Shown here: one piece after another, positions 7,955 through 14,330 of the stretch
Numbering within the stretch: position 1 is the first letter of the stretch
Layout of the letters: each line of letters starts with the position of its first letter
From: a virus
Lineage: Duplodnaviria; Heunggongvirae; Uroviricota; Caudoviricetes
Length of the DNA stretch: 16,029 nucleotides
Virus record (IMG/VR): IMGVR_UViG_2684622579_000002
Strand: one strand, 5' to 3'
Program-made: the position numbers and the translations under genes
Notes under the pieces: generated by a model
What the model saw: only the letters and a program-made list of their open reading frames with translations
Databases searched by the model: none
What the model was told of the DNA's origin: nothing

Positions 7955-10623
7955 CAATACGGACGGTTACGCAGATTTCAGCCGCCGCACGGGGGAAATG
8001 GCCCGTTATTCTGCAGATGCTGCGTATTGATGTACCTGAAAACGGCAGGCACGGTCCCTGCCCGAAATGTGGGGGCAAGGATCGTTTTCGCCTTGATGAC
8101 CTTGACGGGCGCGGGACGTGGATCTGCAGCCAGTGTGGCAATGGTGACGGTCTGGATCTGGTTAAGCTCGTAACCGGTTACAGCGTCAGAAAGGCTGCGC
8201 AGGAGGTGGCGCAGGTGCTTAATGTGCCGGATGTGCAGGAACTGCCTGTTAAGCCTGCCAGACAAAAAGCCCCTAAACGAGACATGGGTCTTACCGTGGC
8301 GGCGCTGATGAAAGAGAGCCACACGGGAGAAAGCGCCTATCTGACAGGAAAAGGGTTCGCCGGATACCCGGCCTCTCTGACCGGAAGCGTGCAGCATATC
8401 AGCGGTAAGGATTTTCCTGCCGGTTCCCTGCTGTTACCACTCACGACCAACACCGGAGCCGTGACCGGTGCACAGCTTATCGCCCCGACGGGTGAAAAAA
8501 GCATACTGCCCGGCAGCACGATGAAAGGCGCGTTTGTGTCGCTCAGCCCGTTACCGTCTGAACCACCGGTACAGGTGGTGATTACCGAAGGTTACGCTAC
8601 GGCGCTGACGGTAAGCCAGCTCACTGCCGGATGCGTAGTGGCTGCCATATCTGCGGGCAACCTGCCCAATGTGGCGCAGTCGCTGCGGGCACGCTGGCCT
8701 GAGGTAAAAATTATCATCGCCGGTGATAACGATTTTCAGGACGGGGGTGAGAATCCCGGCAGAGCCTTTGCTGAACGGGCGGCAAAAGCTGTTGGCGGCT
8801 GGATGACGCTGCCACCAGGAGAGATTAAGGCTGACTGGAATGACTTTCATCGGGAGCACGGTATTACCCGTGCCCGTGAAGCCTTTCGCAACGGTCTGGT
8901 ACTGTGCGGGGAAGGCCGCACGCAACTGCCGCACGGGTTCCGTCTTACCCAGGAATATCTCTGGTATGAAAAGCAGGTACAGCGCAACGGTGAGACGGAG
9001 ATCCAGAACGTCAAAATATGCAGCCCGCTGCGCGTGACGGCAATTACCTGCGATGCCGATGGCGGTAACTTCGGACGACTGCTGGAATGGGAAGATACGT
9101 GGGGTGAGTGTCGCCGCTGGGCGATGCCAATGGAAATGCTGAGCGGCAGTGGTGAGGAACTGCGCCGGGTACTGCTGGTTAACGGGCTGTCTTATATCAG
9201 CACCACCGGTGAGGCACGCGCACGCCTGATGGAATATATCTCACTGTGTAAACCGGAACGCCGCGTGACCTGCGTCAGTCGTACTGGCTGGCATGGTCAG
9301 GTTTACGTCCTGCAGGATGAGGTCAGCGGTGAAGGTGCAGAGGGTGTCATTCTCCAGACCACTTCCGTGCAGGGGCGTGATTTCCGCGTGTCGGGCACAA
9401 CAGAGGAATGGCGGGAGCATGTATCCCGCTACTGTACCGGCAACTCCCGCGTGGCATTTGCTGTCAGCCTGGCCTTTGCTGCACCACTGTTACGGCTGGT
9501 TGGTATGGACGGCGGCGGCTACCACCTCAAAGGGGAATCGACAGACGGTAAGACCACCACCATGAAAGCGGCAACCTCCGTCTGCGGCGGGCCTGACTAC
9601 TGGCAGACATGGCGGGCCACCGGCAACGCGCTGGAGGGATGCGCCAGCCGCCGTAACGATGCCGCCATGATGCTTGATGAGATCCGGGAAGTTGACGGAC
9701 GCGAGGCAGGCAATATCGCCTACATGCTGGCAAACGGTCAGGGCAAGGGCCGTGCCGGTACGGACGGTGAGCTGCGTACCCGTAAGCAGTGGCGCCTGTT
9801 GTTCTTTTCAACTGGCGAGTTGTCTCTGACCGAACATGCGGCAAAGGCCGGTGAGCGTACTTTTGCCGGGATGGAAGTCAGGATGATCCAGATCCCCAGC
9901 GATTCCGGGAAGTTTGGCGTTTTTGAGGAGCTGCACGGCTTCGACAGCGGCAAGGCTCTGGCAGAGCATCTTGAATGGGCCACGTCCTGCTACTACGGTT
10001 CGCCGTTCCGGGAGTGGCTGAAAGCACTGACCGCTGATCTTAACGGACTAACGGCACAGGCAAAATCGCTGATGAAGGAATATGCTGCCGCCCTGACTCC
10101 GAAAGATGCAGGCAATCAGGTGGGCCGGGCTGTGAACCGCTTTGCACTGGTGGCGATGGCAGGTGAACTGGCAACCCGTCTGGGTATCACCGGCTGGCCT
10201 GAGGGTGAAGCACTGCGGGCAACCCGCGTCTGCCTGAACGCATGGCTGAAAGATCGCGGGCACACCGCCAATCAGGAAGATATCGCCGCACTGGAGCAGG
10301 TTCGCAGTTTCTTTACCGCGAATCAGTACAGCCGCTTTGCAGACTGGTATGACGAGCGCAACCGCCCCGGCAATATGGTGGGCTGGCGCAGGGTGGAGAA
10401 AGGCAGTACCGCGCAGGGCACGGAAGCTGTCACTACGTTCTATGTCATGCCGTCCGGCTGGAAAGAAATCTGCAGGGGATTTGACCCGCGCAAGGTGGCG
10501 CGTCTGTGCGCAGATCGTGGATACCTGCTGCCCTCCACTGATGGCAAACTCCAGACAACCATTCGCCCGCCAGAGATGAATCCCCGCAGGCTCTATGTCT
10601 TCAACAGCGAGGTGCCGGGTTAA
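7951..10623 (+). CDS. P4-alpha-like primase-helicase (890 aa): zinc ribbon, TOPRIM and C-terminal P-loop NTPase domains
   Basis: N-terminal CPKCGG...CSQCG zinc-binding motif; TOPRIM-like VVITEGYATALTV and IIIAGDNDFQD; Walker A-like GESTDGKTT. GAGGGGGA SD upstream of ATG 7951. Confidence 0.9.
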   Translation: MTIRTVTQISAAARGKWPVILQMLRIDVPENGRHGPCPKCGGKDRFRLDDLDGRGTWICSQCGNGDGLDLVKLVTGYSVRKAAQEVAQVLNVPDVQELPVKPARQKAPKRDMGLTVAALMKESHTGESAYLTGKGFAGYPASLTGSVQHISGKDFPAGSLLLPLTTNTGAVTGAQLIAPTGEKSILPGSTMKGAFVSLSPLPSEPPVQVVITEGYATALTVSQLTAGCVVAAISAGNLPNVAQSLRARWPEVKIIIAGDNDFQDGGENPGRAFAERAAKAVGGWMTLPPGEIKADWNDFHREHGITRAREAFRNGLVLCGEGRTQLPHGFRLTQEYLWYEKQVQRNGETEIQNVKICSPLRVTAITCDADGGNFGRLLEWEDTWGECRRWAMPMEMLSGSGEELRRVLLVNGLSYISTTGEARARLMEYISLCKPERRVTCVSRTGWHGQVYVLQDEVSGEGAEGVILQTTSVQGRDFRVSGTTEEWREHVSRYCTGNSRVAFAVSLAFAAPLLRLVGMDGGGYHLKGESTDGKTTTMKAATSVCGGPDYWQTWRATGNALEGCASRRNDAAMMLDEIREVDGREAGNIAYMLANGQGKGRAGTDGELRTRKQWRLLFFSTGELSLTEHAAKAGERTFAGMEVRMIQIPSDSGKFGVFEELHGFDSGKALAEHLEWATSCYYGSPFREWLKALTADLNGLTAQAKSLMKEYAAALTPKDAGNQVGRAVNRFALVAMAGELATRLGITGWPEGEALRATRVCLNAWLKDRGHTANQEDIAALEQVRSFFTANQYSRFADWYDERNRPGNMVGWRRVEKGSTAQGTEAVTTFYVMPSGWKEICRGFDPRKVARLCADRGYLLPSTDGKLQTTIRPPEMNPRRLYVFNSEVPG

Positions 10624-10649
10624 GGCTTTGCGTGAGTCTTATTTATTAA

Positions 10650-10845
10650 GGGTAACAGGTGAAACAGGTGGAACAACCGTATTTTACAGGGCTGAATCTG
10701 TTCCACCTTCTGAAATAGTGAGGTGGAACAGATGTAACGCCAGCCAATCCGCTGTTCCACCTTGTTACCCGCGATGTTCCACCGGTGCAGTGTATATAAA
10801 TGCTTTATAAAACAAATGGGTAACACATGTTTCACCTGTTACACC
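10650..10845. repeat. Iteron cluster: five copies of the 9-mer GGTGGAACA/TGTTCCACC in alternating orientation, bounded by a 15/16-bp inverted repeat, with an adjacent AT-rich tract
   Basis: GGTGGAACA at 10667-10675 and 10722-10730; TGTTCCACC at 10699-10707, 10753-10761 and 10775-10783; the forward-reverse pair recurs with 55-bp periodicity. Outer inverted repeat GGTAACAGGTGAAACA (10651-10666) versus TGTTTCACCTGTTACA (10828-10843). AT-rich tract gtgtatataaatgctttataaaacaaatg at about 10790-10817. Confidence 0.65.
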
Positions 10846-10933
10846 GCATCAGGGACATAAAGCAGACTGAAACAGAGGGCATTTTTATCTGGCTGGCTTT
10901 CATAGCCACGTCTGAATAACCGCAAGCGCCCGT

Positions 10934-10951
10934 TGTACCAGCCACCACACA
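10934..10951 (+). promoter_or_regulatory. TGT-N12-ACA dyad (TGTACCAGCCACCACACA), candidate Ogr/Delta-dependent late promoter element for the sid/psu/ogr operon
   Basis: The motif centre lies about 80 bp upstream of ATG 11024, compatible with the roughly -55 placement of this element in P2/P4 late promoters. Confidence 0.4.
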
Positions 10952-11023
10952 CTGAGCACCGATAGTGTGCTTGTGTCAGCCACGACACAATTGACGTAAC
11001 GAACCAACCCGACAGGAGAAGTC

Positions 11024-11767
11024 ATGAACAACACCGCAGTGAATAACAACCTTTCCACTTTTCCGGCTGTAACGCAGCGGGCACTGGAAACCATGAACAC
11101 AGCCAGAAACGCATGGCTTGAAGCACGTCGTCAGCAGAAAGCGGCAGCGGATAATATTGCGACAATCCGCCAGCGTCGCGCTGAAATGGAAGCCACGACG
11201 AACACACTGAATGAGGAGTGGCGCACGCTGTTTCGTGAAAGTCAGGGCGTGGTCTCAAAGGAAATGAAAAAACTGCGCACGGAAATTGCGCTGGGACGAG
11301 AAACTCTTGAGGATTTTGATGAGCTGCTGGAGGCTCAGGAAAGCGAAAATGCACTTTTGCCGCAGAAAGCTGCGGAATTAGCCGGAAAGTATATCCACGC
11401 GCATAACATCCTTGTGGATATTCGCGCAAAACAAATCTGGGAAGATTTTATGCAGTCGCATGGAAAAGCGCTTATTCAGACGCTGAGCCTGCTTAAATCC
11501 ACAATGGGCCGGGAAGCCAGTGCCGTTGTGGGTGTGGTGAATTCAGTTAATGACCCGGACACAGTGCTGAAAGACTTTATTCATAAACATATCACCAGAC
11601 CGGCTCTGGCTAACGATGCGATGCCTGAGCAGGACCCGGTGTTTAAACTGGCGGGAGTTGCCCCGGATTATGCGGCGCGTCTGGATTTCAGTAATCAACT
11701 CTCTCCGGCAGCTATGCATAAAATTAAGGTTCGTCAGGAACTTGCTGAGAAGGAGAAAGCAGTATGA
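11024..11767 (+). CDS. Sid/Psu-family protein (247 aa); by size and position probably a Sid-like capsid size-determination scaffold
   Basis: GGAG SD 5 nt upstream; shares NAWLEARRQQKAAAD and DFMQSHGKAL motifs with the downstream Psu-like protein; ATGA coupling to the next gene. Confidence 0.6.
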   Translation: MNNTAVNNNLSTFPAVTQRALETMNTARNAWLEARRQQKAAADNIATIRQRRAEMEATTNTLNEEWRTLFRESQGVVSKEMKKLRTEIALGRETLEDFDELLEAQESENALLPQKAAELAGKYIHAHNILVDIRAKQIWEDFMQSHGKALIQTLSLLKSTMGREASAVVGVVNSVNDPDTVLKDFIHKHITRPALANDAMPEQDPVFKLAGVAPDYAARLDFSNQLSPAAMHKIKVRQELAEKEKAV

Positions 11768-12315
11768 CGGCCCGAGGCACGCCTGACCAGGCACTTACCA
11801 GTTTTCGGAATGCCCGTATTCTGTGGGCCGGACATAATGAGAGCCGAAAAGCCGTTGAACAACAGATAACATCTCTCCTCGCTGCCACAGAAAAACCAGC
11901 AGATTATGCCCGACAGCTCGAATTACTGCGGGAACGTCTGGATGTGCTGAAATGGCAAATTAACTGTGCTGCGCGCGAATGCATTTACTCGCAGCATTTA
12001 CTGATGGAGGCCTGCACAGAAGCCGCTCTCAGCAATTTTATGCAGGCGAATGGGGCAGCCCTGACATCTGCACTGGCTCCGTTCCTGAAGGGGCGCGGAG
12101 GGGTTGACGTTGCGTCCCGTATATTACGCAGTGCTCTGGTTCGCCAGCTGGCAATAACACCGCCTGAAATTGCCGGGGATTATCGTGAGATCCTGGATGA
12201 ATCCGGTTTGATGCCTGACCCCGGGATGATTCGTGATTGCCAGGGTTCTTACACCCCGGCACAACATCTGCGTTTTCAGCAACGCCTGAATGACATTAAC
12301 GATATACAGGAGTGA
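11764..12315 (+). CDS. psu: Psu-like polarity suppression / capsid decoration protein (183 aa)
   Basis: LKWQINCAARECIYSQH and FMQANGAALTSALAPFLKG match my recollection of P4 Psu (VRKWQVNQAAGRYI and FMQQHGTALAAALAP); similar length to P4 Psu. Confidence 0.65.
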   Translation: MTARGTPDQALTSFRNARILWAGHNESRKAVEQQITSLLAATEKPADYARQLELLRERLDVLKWQINCAARECIYSQHLLMEACTEAALSNFMQANGAALTSALAPFLKGRGGVDVASRILRSALVRQLAITPPEIAGDYREILDESGLMPDPGMIRDCQGSYTPAQHLRFQQRLNDINDIQE

Positions 12316-12320
12316 TATTA

Positions 12321-12593
12321 ATGGCACTTAAATGTCCGGAATGCGGTACAGTTGCACACGCCAGAACAGCAGCCTATGAAGCTCCGTCAGTTAAACGCTC
12401 GTGGTATCAGTGCCAGAATCTGGAATGTTCCTGCACATTTACGGCACTGGAGAGTGTGGATAAGATAATCATGAAACCCCGGCGCAATGAACAGCTATCA
12501 GACAAAGCACAATCCCCGGAAAAACAACAGCAAACGCTCAATCGCTATGGCTCCGCGTCAAAACTGTCAAGCCGTCAGCAGATTCCTGTCTGA
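12321..12593 (+). CDS. ogr: Ogr/Delta-family zinc-finger late transcription activator (90 aa)
   Basis: CPECG...HART...YQCQNLECSCTF matches the Cys4 pattern of P2 Ogr (CPLCQ...HART...HQCQNVNCSATF); AGGAG SD 8 nt upstream of ATG 12321. The ORF track started it at the GTG at 12312. Confidence 0.8.
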   Translation: MALKCPECGTVAHARTAAYEAPSVKRSWYQCQNLECSCTFTALESVDKIIMKPRRNEQLSDKAQSPEKQQQTLNRYGSASKLSSRQQIPV

Positions 12594-12613
12594 TTAGAAA
12601 AAAACGCCCACGT

Positions 12614-12640
12614 AATCCCGGTCGAGTACCGGGATTTTTA
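12614..12640 (+). terminator. Rho-independent terminator after the ogr-like gene
   Basis: aatcccggt / accgggatt 9-bp stem with a 5-nt loop, followed by a T-run (gggattttt) 20 nt after the stop codon. Confidence 0.65.
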
Positions 12641-13050
12641 ACACCTTTTCCCTGGCTGGCCTGAGAGCGCATGAGTGCATGTCTATGGCGCATGAAAATG
12701 CATGAGCCTTATGCACCTTTTTTGAGGCGAAAACCTTTGTGTGGTGGTATCTGAGACGATTTATGGCATGCATGAAAACCAGTCTGTTAAGCGAAGCGGG
12801 CAGGCGTGCGGGGCTGCCCGCGATAGCACTGAAATCAACAGGTAAAACTATTTTTTATTAGTAGTGTAAACTGGGAGCGAACGGACTCTGTCATGCTGTA
12901 TCATCCTGTAATGATCAATCTCACTGGTGTCTGTATAGATGTCAACCAGTTTCGACGGCTGTGTCTAACTTAAAATTAGAGCTTAATCAAGTTTTTCCTC
13001 GAGAATACTTTTAAAAGACAATGAGTTATGAGAAAGTGGAGGCTGTCACG

Positions 13051-13079
13051 TTGGTCATATGTAACACTCCACGTAATCT
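13051..13079 (+). promoter_or_regulatory. Putative sigma70-type promoter (TTGGTC - 17 nt - TAATCT) for the three-gene operon
   Basis: -35-like TTGGTC 13051-13056, 17-nt spacer, -10-like TAATCT 13074-13079, about 44 nt upstream of ATG 13123. Identified by eye only. Confidence 0.3.
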
Positions 13080-13122
13080 TAATCGCTTTGTAAATGTTGA
13101 AGTTAATTAATAGGGAAAACTG

Positions 13123-14082
13123 ATGCTAACCAGGGCTGAAAATATAAGAAAAATCACAAGCTATTTAGCTATTCTCTCAAGAGAGGTTGAGATTAGTGCC
13201 TCCCTCAATCTTTTGGATATCAACGTTCAAGCGGAATCTTTTTATAGAGATTTCTTAAACTTATGTTATGGATATAATTTAAGAAATACCAATAGTGAAG
13301 AGCAAAACTACCAAGCAATAGATCTTGCTGATGAAGATCGGAAGATTGCTATACAAGTAACTTCAACTTCTGACTTGGGAAAAATTAAGAATACAGTTGA
13401 TGGATTTATAAAAAGTAAGCAATATGAAAAATATGATAGACTAATTGTACTGAATATAACTGAAAAGAAAAAGCACAGATTGAAAGAGTATGGAATAGCC
13501 GGGTGCTATGTAATTAATATCAAAGATGATGTATGGGATTATAAGGATATAATTAGAAAGATAAACGATTTGAATGATTGTGATATATCAACAATATGCT
13601 CATTTTTGGAACGTAATATTAATACTAAAGCTGCTGATAAACCGCCGAAAGAAGTCACAACTATGTTTGCGATGATTGAATTATTGAGTGATGATGCTCA
13701 CCCATTGGCAGGAAATGGATTTATTGAAGAGCCTAATCCTGAAAATAAAATATATAAAAGATTTTCAGATTATTCAGAGCGGTTGATTGGCTTATATACT
13801 GGGTTAGCTCCATTATATAGTGGGATATTTAAGTCAATAAAAGAACAGAGCGATATTGGTATCGTAAGGTACCAAAAGATGAGTTTGTATTTAGAGTCAT
13901 TTAGTGATAAGGTCTTAAGAAGCCATGGTGGAGATCCTATCTTGGCGCTTAATTATTTAAAAGAATATTTTTCTAAACAACTGAGCCAGAGAAATGTAGA
14001 TTACGATGAAACAGCTATCAAATTTTTCTTAATTGAGAATTTAATTGCATGTAACGTCTTTCCTAATTCGGAGATTCTTTGA
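13123..14082 (+). CDS. Hypothetical protein (319 aa), putative effector of a three-gene system; N-terminal region possibly SMEK-like
   Basis: AGGGA SD 6 nt upstream; AT-rich codon usage. N-terminal LNLLDINVQAESFYRDFLNLCYGYNL...IAIQVTSTSD resembles what I recall of SMEK-domain proteins of ABC-three-component systems; unverified. TGATG overlap with the next gene. Confidence 0.65.
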   Translation: MLTRAENIRKITSYLAILSREVEISASLNLLDINVQAESFYRDFLNLCYGYNLRNTNSEEQNYQAIDLADEDRKIAIQVTSTSDLGKIKNTVDGFIKSKQYEKYDRLIVLNITEKKKHRLKEYGIAGCYVINIKDDVWDYKDIIRKINDLNDCDISTICSFLERNINTKAADKPPKEVTTMFAMIELLSDDAHPLAGNGFIEEPNPENKIYKRFSDYSERLIGLYTGLAPLYSGIFKSIKEQSDIGIVRYQKMSLYLESFSDKVLRSHGGDPILALNYLKEYFSKQLSQRNVDYDETAIKFFLIENLIACNVFPNSEIL

Positions 14083-14330
14083 TGTTAAGTTTTTTTTCGA
14101 AAGATGAGGATTTGACAAAATCCCCTCCTGTTGTAGGGGCTAAAATTCTTAATTTATTTGACGAAACAAAAAAAGAAAAAATTAGTATTTTCGATTTAGC
14201 AAAAGAATTAAAGAAAAACAACTCTCTAGGAGTGCGTGCAATTTATTTTGGAATGGTCTTTCTTTATACTCTTGATCTTATCGATTTCGATGAGCCATAT
14301 GTGATAAATAAAAATGTTAAGAATAAATAA
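14082..14330 (+). CDS. Small protein (82 aa), putative middle/adaptor component
   Basis: ATG 14082 overlaps the upstream TGA (14080-14082); its 3' end overlaps the ATPase start by 17 nt; AT-rich. Confidence 0.55.
   Translation: MLSFFSKDEDLTKSPPVVGAKILNLFDETKKEKISIFDLAKELKKNNSLGVRAIYFGMVFLYTLDLIDFDEPYVINKNVKNK

Noticed and set aside
7240-10579. Many ORFs in the track that overlap or run antisense to the four small genes and the primase gene (for example 7240-7614, 7681-7890, 7785-8141, 7978-8397, 8337-8519, 8551-8934, 8840-9037, 9293-9565, 9527-9844, 9738-9983, 10048-10263, 10337-10579)
   Set aside because: They lie inside a long GC-rich coding region where stop-free alternative frames are expected by chance; they lack SD sequences and have atypical composition (Arg/Pro/Cys-rich). 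The primase and small-gene frames carry the recognisable motifs.
10595-10835. ORFs 10595-10810 (+) and 10620-10835 (-) across the iteron region
   Set aside because: They span a repeat array that behaves as a DNA element (alternating-orientation 9-mers, inverted repeat boundaries), not as coding sequence; no RBS.
10650-10845. Possibility that the short repeat array is a CRISPR array
   Set aside because: Repeats are only 9 bp, occur in both orientations and have irregular spacing; there are no 28-37-bp direct repeats with unique spacers and no cas genes.
10900-12327. Minus-strand ORFs antisense to the sid/psu-like genes (10900-11100, 11022-11429, 11543-11794, 12038-12262, 12124-12327)
   Set aside because: Antisense to ORFs with recognisable Psu/Ogr features and translational coupling; no RBS; typical GC-rich spurious frames.
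12738-12757. Possible second TGT-N12-ACA late-promoter motif in the region upstream of the cargo operon
   Set aside because: Each TGT in 12600-13120 was checked by eye; none is followed by ACA at the required spacing, so no Ogr-type promoter is proposed there.
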